A stretch of DNA of 63,715 nucleotides, counting the filler, from Nemertoderma westbladi (taxonomy: Eukaryota > Animalia > Xenacoelomorpha): NCBI GenBank assembly GCA_032718475.1. It is 4 parts of 4 records of this genome, joined end to end, with 100 filler letters (N's around TTAATTAATTAA, not from the genome) between each part and the next. Parts side by side here need not be neighbours in the genome. Positions count along the whole stretch, not along the records: positions 1 to 18,652 come from JAUCBJ010005745.1; 3 more parts are not named here. One strand, 5' to 3'. Every line of letters starts with the position of its first letter. The first letter of the stretch is position 1. A program made the position numbers and the translations under genes. Shown here in pieces: positions 1 to 11,616 of the stretch. The notes below the pieces were generated by a model. It saw only the letters and a program-made list of their open reading frames with translations, searched no databases and had not been told where the DNA came from.

Positions 1-3000
1 TGTTCTTCTTGAACCTTAGCGATGCGGATGCTTTCATCAAATTTAGCTTGGTTCGCAGCTAGCATTTCCGCATCTATTGCGTCCAGCACAAACTTGGCTC
101 CTTCACTATTAGGGCAAAGTCCAGCCAGCCGTCTCCTCAACTCTTCATCACCTAGAAATCATTGATAGTCTGACAGATAGATGTCAATAGCGTCCCTCTT
201 CTGCGGTTTCTCTGCTGTTGCTTCGCTTTCCACTTGAGAAAAGGTAGCATCTGTTGATTCTCCATGGGTGGAGCGCTCAGCCAGCTGAAATTTCCACTGG
301 GCCGTTCCTTGAACTTTGAGACTCACCCGCTGGAACCAAGTCTTTATGGCAACTTGCAACGACGTGTCTTGTCTTCTTTTCGAAGCTTCCTCAAAGGCCG
401 ATAGGATTAGTCTGATTCTTAGAATTCTTTCTCAAACTTGATAAAGCAGCTCTCCCTGCTCTTGAGGTCCTTGGGTTTGTTGAAACAGTTGTTCCTCTAA
501 TCGCTCCAAAGAGCTGAAGATTCCCTGTACATATCCTGCTGCCGACCTCTTCCACGCAGCTGGATCACTACTGTCTTTTGTCACTCCCATCCTGTGTATG
601 TCTTCCCAGGCAGCTTCTGATAAGTCAAACGGGAGTCCGGGTCCGGGGAAGTTCCATTGCGACTCGACAATAGACTTCAGTTCCTCCCTTGTGTATCCCG
701 CATAACTATCCTTGGTCGATCGCTTACTTCTCGCCCAATCGATTTGGTGTTCTTCCACCGCAATCAATAACCTAGTGAGCACGGTTGCAGGAAGAATGAG
801 AAGGGGATCCGAATCAACCGCATCTGCCATCTTTGCTCCGCGCTCGGGTGTCAGCTCTACAGTATCTGAACTACTGGAGCTATCGGGCCGCTGAAAAATA
901 AGTTCTCGGCTAGGGTGTTGCTGCTGTTTGACAGCTGCTTCTTGATCCCGCTTGACTTGAGCCCGAGTGCCTATGATAGACCTACGGTGTTGGACTAGCC
1001 AGGGTCTGATACTACTACTGGAGGGATGACCTTTCTTACAGTAGGAGGTGAGTTGAACTTCGGTCTCAAACGTTCAGCACTCCTATCTGGGTCACAGATG
1101 GTTGTATCTAGGAGACTGTCTGACAGGTTTTGCTTTGTGTCAGACATGTTTGTTTATACAGTTGAATGCCTACTGCTATAATTACAGTTAAAGCAAGTCT
1201 AGTAATTCAGTATCAACTGTAAGCCTAGTAATTAAGTATCGATATCGTTACTCTATGTAACGTGATATATATACAATATATTAGAGTATCGGTATATACT
1301 TATAGTATATATATATGTATTATTACAGACTAGGTTTGTCACAGAATACCGGTATATAATTTCAGCACAAATATATATAAATATATAATAGGCCTATCGT
1401 GAATACCGGTATACAACTCACACTTATAGTATATATAAGTATAATTATAGACTAGAATTAATTACGGAATACCGGTATATAATTTCAGCTCAAATTTATA
1501 GAAATAAATATAATAAGCCTATTGTAAATACCGGTATGTCAATTATTTTAGAATAATTGAATTTCTGAATTTTTAATGGTTACTTAGTTACTTTACTTGA
1601 CTTTATTACCGTTATTTAAGCAGTAGTCCAACTGATATTAAGACCTAATTGTTGTATGACAGGCCTACTATTTTATAAATCGGTTTGAGTTGATTTATAA
1701 TATATATATACCCGTATAATGGGTTTTTGTCAATGTTTGAAATAAATGTTATTATTTCTGGGAAGGAGTCACTACACAGAAGCTGTACGCTCCCAGTGAA
1801 GTGCTACTTATTGTTTTGGACACTAAAACAAATAATTCTACTTGCCTAAGTTACTTATTACTACAAATTATGTACAATTACGGGTTGAGATTACAATCTC
1901 TAAATAAACACAAAAATTACACGTACGAATTTTTAGGGTTAATTTTACAAGAAGTCTACAAACCAGCCTAACAAGGGGTTAGAATTTCTGGTTATTACAA
2001 CGGACAGGATACTACGGTATTTGAAAGTAATAAAGCAGTAGTAAATATATTGCATTGTCCAGATAGGAAAAATACCACCGTCTGACGACTTATAGCCGTA
2101 GCGCTATAAGTACTACGTTATGTACACGGAGTGTTCCTACCTAGAAGTTAATTACCGCGGCCTACCAGAGCCAACGTGCCTATTAACCACTTTACAACAC
2201 AAATAGACTGCCTACACACTAATTACCTTCGGAAAGCACTGTACACTAAACCCTAAATTAGGTACAAGTACTTATACAACAAATAACCAGCAGTTAAAAA
2301 TACTTGTACAGCTAAAAGAACCACGGTATCTGCTGGAGTGACTAGAGCATAAAATCACCAGTCTTTACCTACGTCAAACAGTCCTGATGTAGTACCGGGG
2401 TTAATTTAACTATAACGGTATGTATAACAAGCACAATTACTGTAGGAATAAACTTGGGGTTGTGAATGTTACGAATAATCGCATAAACTCTGAATAATAA
2501 ATATTACGCTACCCATACAGACTACACAAACAAAAATACAAACCAAATGCTGGCAGACTACTATCAAGCCTAAATAAACTACAGTATATGCAGACTCCGA
2601 AATGGTTAATTAGTATGCGTTCTAACCGAGTAGTACGACTTATTCTTTCGGGGGGGGGGGGGGGGGGGGGATTTACCTTACCGCACTGGAAGCCCCCACG
2701 TTCCTAACTAGTACTTTATCGGACATACACTCTACACACACTGCAATCTCTTCGGACCTGACAACAGCCAGACAACAATCCAGCCTACAAATTATTTATA
2801 CAATCTGAGTAGGCTTACACGCCTTCTGCTCAATATTAACTTACAAATAAATAAAACTGACAGAAATAAGTAAAATCCCAATAAAAAACCAGGGGGGCCC
2901 TCCCTGATTAAATATCAAGACCTACCGGTATATAATTATCAAAATCGAATAATACTGATGTACCTGTACTGCTGTAAGTACCGGTTTGGGTGGTTAGGTA

Positions 3001-4273
3001 GTCAGGCCTACTGGTTACCGGTCGACCGGTACTTTTGCTTTATTGCCTACTTTGCAATAAAGAAGCTATAACTGTTATTGTTCTTACCAGAACAATAGAC
3101 AACTATATTTATTGCCTACACTGCAATCTAAAACAAATAACTGTTATTGTTCGCGCTTTTAGACCTTTAGCAGTTTAACCTGCCAAATTTAGGTGTCTTC
3201 TAGGTTATAAATCGACTTTAGCCTATAACAAGTATCTGATACAAATAAAGTTACATTAGCCGAAGCCAGCCTATGCGCGATCATTCACCCACGGTTAAGG
3301 GAGACTGGATTCGGATGCTCTGACCTTATTGCGGTGTAGGCCTATTGTACTATTCGATTGATCGTTAATATATAATCTCTGACAAATATTATTCACTTTC
3401 GGGAAATATTAACAGTTCCTTTAGGACGTGGCGCTCTAAGTATGTAAACAGAGTTATGACTTACACTAAACACAACGGGATGGCTAATGATTCACGTATA
3501 AAGCGCATTCTTTAGGAGATGCTTTGTTATCTATCACACTCATGCACACTACTGCACAATGCTGCACACCGATCTGCCGACCTTCACTAATTTTAATCAT
3601 ATATAAGGAGAACAGCAGCTGACACATGTAGGGTCTATGAAATAGCATTCAATTCACTCCAAAACCACTATAATGTAAGTCGCAATTGCTATATTTAACC
3701 GGTCTCTCTAACCTTCAGTATATCAAGAAGATTGGGGTTTTCTGATCATTTATCGATATTCTCCAAATATAACAATATTCCATCAACTGATACAATTAAT
3801 AACCGACAGTAAATAGCAGTAAAATAATGCGGTGTTTGTATGAGATATAACGGGCTGGTAGATAGATAGAATAACAGTTATACGTTTCTATGATCAAAGC
3901 CGTTCTAATGTTTGGCTATAGTCTGAAACGCAGAATAATTCCACAGCCGGTGTTCTGGGCTTAGGAAAAAAGGTAAACAAAGACCATAATGCATTGCGCG
4001 ATTTCCCGGAGGCTTCTGTGCAAATAAAATGAAAATCGCTCTGATTGGTCGAGTGAACAAAGAACAAAGAAAGCTCTACGTGGACATATCAGCTGATAGA
4101 TGTCGTCATCTGAACTACACTGTATCAAGAGTATTTTGTCATATTGCAGCATAAAATCGCTAGTTATGTCCGCTAAAGTACACATAAAGAAAAATGGCTT
4201 TTTATGTCCACTAAAACACCTACAGAGTACTTTGCGGGGAAAATGACTAGCTAGATCCGCAAAAGCTTTTACA
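1..4273 (-). mobile_element. BEL/Pao-derived gag-protease element, copy 1 (5' part only: terminal repeat, ~2 kb leader, start of degenerate ORF; runs off the window start)
   Basis: Colinear and highly similar to ~41860-46406. ORFs 432..830 and 159..359 match the 582-aa ORF 41301..43049. ATG at 1147; TGA at 432-434 replaces the Cys codon of copy 2. Confidence 0.85.
3148..4273 (-). repeat. LTR-like terminal repeat, copy A (minus strand TGTAAAAGCTTTTG...GCGCGAACA)
   Basis: Outer end shared with 46406 (-) and 17549 (+). Inner end set by where similarity to the 38202-38269 fragment stops. TG...CA termini; CCAAT motif near the outer end. Confidence 0.7.
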
Positions 4274-4291
4274 AGTACCGAACTAGTGGGG

Positions 4292-5407
4292 AGGGGCAGC
4301 GCCTATACCTTCAACCTGTCCACCACCTCCTTTTGTTTATCCCGGACCTGCACCATTGTCCGGTGTGGCGCTGATGAATTGCTCACAGACCCGAAGCGAG
4401 ATGGTAAACTGATGTACTACTACTACTAGAATCGGCATTTTTAAGCATGCTGTGCCAGCTTGTTGACAAAATTGCGCCGCCACAACTCCCTATCACCCAT
4501 GACATTTGCTAGATCCTCGGCATCTTCAAGGCCAGTGTCCGTTAAGATGCTTCTCAAGAAAGTCATGGGCTGTCCACCATGCTTATTCACTCCATGAGGC
4601 TGCCAAAGTACAAGATTATGCACTGGCTGGTCCTCACGGCGAAAGCAATGTCCTGCAAAGCGAATGATGTGACAGGTCAGTGGGCACCGGAATGCTGATA
4701 CCCCATTCACGGACTGGCAGGGAGAGCAACAGGCGTTCATCTTTTGAGATAGCATGCCGATCGGTGAGACAGCAAAGGAATCGATTCATAGCTTCCTCCA
4801 ACAGGGTGAGCTGGGCTGGCGTGGTTGCCGCCACCGACAGGCAAGACCAAACGCGAGGCCCGCGTACGCACAATGGGGGTCCACTGCTGCCACTCCCGCG
4901 AGACGATCCACTTCCACGGCGAACTCCTGGGCCTTTTCTTCTAGGAACGTGGCGTGATACTCCACAGTGCCAACAATCCCTCCGAGCAGCTCGTGGCCTG
5001 TCGTGTTGATGGCGAGACCAGTGTTGGCGAAAAGAATCTCAGCCTCTTCCAACATTGCTGGTTTCATTGCGAGGTGACACTTGGATGGGAAGTAGCCGAA
5101 GAGTGGACCCCTTGTGGTGGCGACCTCTATGAAAGCTTGTAGGTCAGTGAGTTTTCCTGCCACATTGCCATCATCAGCATACCACCGCTGTGTGGCCTTG
5201 CTTTCGCGTTCCAACTCGGCTAACAGTGGCATAATGTAGCAGCCATACATCGCCATGACAATGGGGTCACCCTGTGTGGTCCCATCTTCAGAGAGGAACG
5301 TCTCCCCTCTCACAAAGAGTCGAGCTGGTTCGCTGTAGCAATTGGTGACTACGGTGAGAAGGGCAGGGCAGACAACTCCGATGTTGAAGAGGGCAGCCGA
5401 ACGGTTC
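4292..5407 (-). pseudogene. CRE-like (RLE non-LTR) reverse transcriptase fragment, copy A, interrupted by an RTE 3' fragment
   Basis: ORF 4786..5409 has GTTQGDP and WYADDG motifs. The frame resumes across the RTE insertion as PTDLSHQFTISLRVCEQFI. A 19-bp deletion relative to copy B shifts the frame. Confidence 0.8.
4416..4664 (-). mobile_element. 5'-truncated RTE-like LINE 3' end with (TAG)n tail and 6-bp TSD
   Basis: RFAGHCFRRE...LWRRNF C-terminus nearly identical to 49114-49335. TGATGT duplicated at 4410-4415 and 4665-4670. Confidence 0.85.
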
Positions 5408-8400
5408 ACTAGTGGGGAGGAGTGCGGAAGTAGTGGGGAGGAGAATGGAACTAGTGGGGAGGAGTACGGAACTAGTGTGGAGGAGTACGTTACTAGTGGG
5501 AAGGAGTACGGAACTAGTGGGAAGGAGAACGGAACGAGTGGGGAGGTGAACGGAAATAGTGGGGAGGTGTACAGAATTAGTGGGGAGGAGTGCGGAACTA
5601 GTGGGGAGGAGTACGGAACTAGTGGGGAGGAGTACGGAACTAGTGGGAAGGAGTACGGAAGTAGTGGGAAGGAGTACGGAACTAGTAGGGAGGAGTACGG
5701 AACTAGTGGGGAGGAGTACGGAACTAGTGGGGAGGAGTACTGAGCTAGTGGGGAGGAGTACGGAACTAGTGGGGAGGAGTACGGAACTAGTGGGGAGGAG
5801 TACTCAGCTAGTTGGGAAGAGTACGGAATTAGTTGGGAGGAATACGGTACTAGTGGGGAGGAGTACGTAACTAGTGTAGAGGAGTACGGTACTAGTGGGG
5901 AGGAGTACGGAACTAGTGGGAGGTGTACGGAACTAGTTGGGAGGAGTACGGAACTAGTGGGGTGGAGAACGGAACTAGTGGTGAGGAGAACGGAACTAGT
6001 GGGGAGGTGTACAGAATTATTTGGGAGGAGTACGGAACTAGTAGGGAGGAGTACGGAACTAGTGGGGAGGAGAACGGAACTATTGGGGATCAGTAGCCTA
6101 CGGAACTATTGGGGAGGAGTACGGAACTATTGGGGATCAGTAGCCTACGGAACTATTGGGGAGGAGTACGGAACTATTGGGAAGGAGTACGGAACTATTG
6201 GGGAGGAGAACGGAACTATTGGGGAGGAGTACGGAACTATTGGGGATCAGTAGCCTACGGAACTATTGGGGAGGAGAAAGGAACTATTGCGGAGGAGTAC
6301 GGAACTATTGGGGATCAGTAGCCTACGGAACTATTGGGGAGGAGTACGGAACTGTTGGGGAGGAGTACGGAACTATTGGGGAGGAGTACGGAACTATTGG
6401 GGAGGAGTACGGAACTATTGGGGAGGAGTACGGAACTATTGGGGATCAGTAGCCTACGGAACTATTGGGGATCAGTAGCCTACGGAACTATTGGGGAGGA
6501 GTACGGAACTATTGGGGGGGGGGGGGGGGGGGGGTACGGAACTATTGGGGAAAAGTACGGAACTATTGGGGAGGAGTACGGAATTATTGGGGAGGAGTAC
6601 GGAACTATTGGGGATCAGTAGCCTACGGAACTATTGGGGAGGAGTACGGAACTATTGGGAGGAGTACGGAACTATTGGGGATCAGTAGCGTACGGAACTA
6701 TTGGGGAGGAGTACGGAACTATTGGGGAGGAGTACGGTACTATTGGGGAGGAGTATGGAACTATTGGGGATCAGTAGCCTACGGAACTATTGGGGAGGAG
6801 GAAGGAACTATTGGGGAGGAGTACGGAACTATTGGGGAGGAGTACGGAACTATTGGGGAGGAGTACGGAACTATTGGGGATCATTAGCCTACGGAACTAT
6901 TGGGGAGGAGTACGGAACTATTGGGGAGGAGTACGGAACTATTGGGGAGGAGTACGGAACTATTGGGGAGGAGTACGGAACTATTGGGGAGGAGTACGGA
7001 ACTATTGGGGATCAGTAGCCTACGGAACTATTGGGGAGGAGTACGGAACTATTGGGGAGGAGTACGGAACTATTTGGGATCAGTAGCCTACGGAACTATT
7101 GGGGAGGAGTACGGAACTATTGGGGAGGAGTACGGAACTATTGGGGAGGAGTACGGAACTATCGGGGATCAGTAGCCTACAGAACTATTCGGGAGGAGTA
7201 GGGAACTATTGGAGAGGAGTACGGAACTATTGGGGATCAGTAGCCTACGGAACTATTGGGGAAGAGTACGGAACTATTGGGGAGGAGTACGGAACTATTG
7301 GGGAGGAGTACGGAACTATTGGGGAGGAGTACGGAACTATTGGGGATCAGTAGCCTACCGAACTATTGGGGAGGAGTATGGAACTATTGGGGAGGAGTAC
7401 GGAACTATTGGGGAGGAGTACGGAACTATTGGGGATCAGTAGCCTACGGAACTAGTGGGGAGGAGTACTCAGCTAGTTGGGAAGAGTACGGAATTAGTTG
7501 GGAGGAATACGGTACTAGTGGGGAGGAGTACGTAACTAGTGTAGAGGAGTACGGTACTAGTGGGGAGGAGTACGGAACTAGTGGGAGGTGTACGGAACTA
7601 GTTGGGAGGAGTACGGAACTAGTGGGGTGGAGAACGGAACTAGTGGTGAGGAGAACGGAACTAGTGGGGAGGTGTACAGAATTATTTGGGAGGAGTACGG
7701 AACTAGTAGGGAGGAGTACGGAACTAGTGGGGAGGAGAACGGAACTATTGGGGATCAGTAGCCTATGGAACTATTGGGGAGGAGTACGGAACTATTGGGG
7801 ATCAGTAGCCTACGGAACTATTGGGGAGGAGTACGGAACTATTGGGAAGGAGTACGGAACTATTGGGGAGGAGTACGGAACTATTGGGGAGGAGTACGGA
7901 ACTATTGGGGATCAGTAGCCTACGGAACTATTGGGGAGGAGAAAGGAACTATTGCGGAGGAGTACGGAACTATTGGGGATCAGTAGCCTACGGAACTATT
8001 GGGGAGGAGTACGGAACTGTTGGGGAGGAGTACGGAACTATTGGGGAGGAGTACGGAACTATTGGGGAGGAGTACGGAACTATTGGGGAGGAGTACGGAA
8101 CTATTGGGGATCAGTAGCCTACGGAACTATTGGGGATCAGTAGCCTACGGAACTATTGGGGAGAAGTACGGAACTATTGGGGGGGAGTACGGAACTATTG
8201 GGGAAAAGTACGGAACTATTGGGGAGGAGTACGGAATTATTGGGGAGGAGTACGGAACTATTGGGGATCAGTAGCCTACGGAACTATTGGGGAGGAGTAC
8301 GGAACTATTGGGAGGAGTACGGAACTATTGGGGATCAGTAGCCTACGGAACTATTGGGGAGGAGTACGGAACTATTGGGGAGGAGTACGGAACTATTGGG

Positions 8401-10075
8401 GAGGAGTATGGAACTATTGGGGATCAGTAGCCTACGGAACTATTGGGGAGGAGGAAGGAACTATTGGGGAGGAGTACGGAACTATTGGGGAGGAGTACGG
8501 AACTATTGGGGAGGAGTACGGAACTATTGGGGATCATTAGCCTACGGAACTATTGGGGAGGAGTACGGAACTATTGGGGAGGAGTACGGAACTATTGGGG
8601 AGGAGTACGGAACTATTGGGGAGGAGTACGGAACTATTGGGGAGGAGTACGGAACTATTGGGGATCAGTAGCCTACGGAACTATTGGGGAGGAGTACGGA
8701 ACTATTGGGGAGGAGTACGGAACTATTTGGGATCAGTAGCCTACGGAACTATTGGGGAGGAGTACGGAACTATTGGGGAGGAGTACGGAACTATTGGGGA
8801 GGAGTACGGAACTATTGGGGATCAGTATCCTACGGAACTATTCGGGAGGAGTAGGGAACTATTGGAGAGGAGTACGGAACTATTGGGGATCAGTAGCCTA
8901 CGGAACTATTGGGGAAGAGTACGGAACTATTGGGGAGGAGTACGGAACTATTGGGGAGGAGTACGGAACTATTGGGGAGGAGTACGGAACTATTGGGGAT
9001 CAGTAGCCTACCGAACTATTGGGGAGGAGTATGGAACTATTGGGGAGGAGTACGGAACTATTGGGGAGGAGTACGGAACTATTGGGGATCAGTAGCCTAC
9101 GGAACTATTGGGGAGGAGTACGGAACTATTGGGGAGGAGTACGGAACTATTGGGGAGGAGTACGGAACAATTGGGGAGGAGTACGGAACTATTGGGGAGG
9201 AGTACGGAACTATTTGGGAGGAGTACGGAACTATTGGGGAGGAGTACGGAACTATTGGGGATCAGTAGCCTACGTAACTATTGGGGAGGAGTACGAAACT
9301 ATTGGGGAGGAGTACGGAACTATTGGGGACCAGTAGCCTACGGAACTATTGGGGAGGAGTACGGAACTATTGGGGAGGAGTACGGAACAATTGGGGATCA
9401 GTAGCCTACGGAACTATTGGGGAGGAGCACGGAACTATTGGGGAGGAGTACGGAACTATTGGGGATCAGTAGCCTACGGAACTATTGGGGAGGAGTACGG
9501 AACTATTGGGGAGGAGTACGGAACTATTGGGGAAGAGTACGGAATTATTGGAGATGAGTACGGACCTATTGGGGAGGAGTACGGATCTATTGAGGAGGAG
9601 TACGGGACTATTGGGGAGGAGCACGGAACTATTGGGGAGGAGTACGGAACAATTGGGGATCAGTAGCCTACGGAACTATTGGGGAGGAGCACGGAACTAT
9701 TGGGGAGGAGTACGGAACTATTGGGGAGGAGTACGGAACTATTGGGGAAGAGTACGGAATTATTGGAGATGAGTACGGACCTATTGGGGAGGAGTACGGA
9801 TCTATTAAGGAGGAGTACGGAACTATTGGGGAGGAGTACGGAACTATTGGGGAGGAGTACGGAACAATTGGGGATCAGTAGCCTACTTAACTATTGGGGA
9901 GGAGCACGGAACTATTGGGGAGGAGTACGGAACTATTGGGGATCAGTAGCCTACGGAACTATTGGGGAGGAGTACGGAACTATTGGGGAAGAGTATGGAA
10001 TTATTGGAGATGAGTACGGACCTATTGGGGAGGAGTACGGATCTATTGAGGAGAAGTACCGAACTAGTGGGGAGG
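5408..10075. repeat. G-rich tandem satellite: 21-bp GGAACTA(G/T)TGGGGAGGAGTAC with interspersed 26-bp GGAACTATTGGGGATCAGTAGCCTAC
   Basis: Directly visible array. Diagnostic variants recur ~1.66 kb apart (5801 vs 7466), indicating a higher-order duplication. Confidence 0.97.
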
Positions 10076-11201
10076 GGCAGCGCCTATACCTTCAACCTGT
10101 CCACCACCTCCTTTATTTCTCCCGGACCTGCACCATTGTCCGGTGCTGATGAATTGCTCACAGACCCGAAGCGAGATGGTAAACTGATGTACTACTACTA
10201 CTAGAATCGGCATTTTTAAGCATGCTGTGCCGGCTTGTCGACAAAATTGCGCCGCCACAACTCCCTATCACCCATGACATTTGCTAGATCATCGGCATCT
10301 TCAAGGCCAGTGTCCTTTAAGATGCTTCTCAAGAAAGTCATGGGCTGTCCACCATGCTTATTCACTCCATGAGGCTGCCAAAGTACAAGATTATGCACTG
10401 GATGGTCCTCACGGCGAAAGCAATGTCCTGCAAAGCGAATGATGTGACAGGTCAGTGGGCACCGGAATGCCGATACCCCCTTCACGGACTGGCAGGGAGA
10501 GCAACAGGCGTTCCTCTTTTGAGATAGCAGGCCGATCGGTGAGACAGAAAAGGAATCGATTCACAGCTTCCTCCAACAGGGTGAGCTGGGCTGGCGTGGT
10601 TGCTACAACACGGGTGATGAACCGCCACCGACAGGCAAGACCAAACGCGAGGCCCGCGTACGCACAATGGGGGTCCACTGCTGCCACTCCCGCGAGACGA
10701 TCCACTTCCACGGCGAACTCCTGGGCCTTATCTTCTAGGAACGTGGCGTGATACTCCACAGTGCCAATAATCCCTCCGAGCAGCTCGTGGCCTGTCGTGT
10801 TGATGGCGACACCAGTGTTGGCGAAAAGAGTCTCAGCCTCTTCCAACATTGCTGGTTTCATTGCGAGGTGACACTTGGATGGGAAGTAGCCGAAGAGTGG
10901 ACCCCTTGTGGTGGCGACCTCTAGGAAGGCTTGTAGGTCAGTGAGTTTTCCTGCCGCATTGCCATCATCAGCATACCACCGCTGTGTGGCCTTGCTTACG
11001 CGTTCTAACTCGGCTAACAGTGGCATAATGTAGCAGCCATACATCGCCATGGCAAAGGGGTCACCCTGTGTGGTCCCCTCTTCAGAGAGGGACGTCTCCC
11101 CTCTCACAAAGAATCGAGCTGGTTCGCTGTAGCAATTGGTGACTACGGTGAGAAGGGCAGGGCAGACAACTCCGATGTTGAAGAGGGCAGCCGAACGGTT
11201 C
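10074..11201 (-). pseudogene. CRE-like RT fragment, copy B, with the same RTE insertion (10191-10439)
   Basis: Near-identical to 4292-5407. ORF 10409..11203 has EGTTQGDPFAMAMY and WYADDG. TSD TGATGT at 10185-10190 and 10440-10445. Confidence 0.85.
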
Positions 11202-11616
11202 ACTAGTGGGGAGGAGTGCGGAAGTAATGGGGAGGAGAACGGAACTAGTGGGGAGGAGTACGGAACTAGTGTGGAGAAGTACGGAACTAGTGGGAAGGAG
11301 TACGGAACTAGTGGGAAGGAGAACGGAAATAGTGGGGAGGAGTACGAAACTAGTGGGGAGGAGTACTGAGCTAGTGGGGAGGAGTACGGAACTAGTGGGG
11401 AGGAGTACGGAACTAGTGGGAAGGAGTACGGAACTAGTGGGAAGGAGTACGGAACTAGTAGGGAGGAGTACGGAACTAGTGGGGAGGAGTACGGAACTAG
11501 TGGGGAGGAGTACTGAGCTAGTGGGGAGGAGTACGGAACTAGTGGGGAGGAGTACGGAACTAGTGGGGAAGAGTACTGAAGTAGTGGGTAGGAGAACGGA
11601 ACTAGTTGGGAGGAGT
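11202..11616. repeat. Second block of the 21-bp satellite, cut off by a LINE 3' end
   Basis: GGAACTAGTGGGGAGGAGTAC units whose opening variants match those at 5408-5560. Confidence 0.95.

Noticed and set aside
5408-10075. CRISPR-like appearance of regularly recurring 26-bp units
   Set aside because: The intervening sequence is satellite monomer, not unique spacers; the context is eukaryotic and there are no cas genes.
5342-10204. Many repetitive ORFs (GEEYGTI, GRSTELL, RNYWGGV)
   Set aside because: By-products of a 21-bp satellite that is open in three frames and shifted by 26-bp units; no coding signal.
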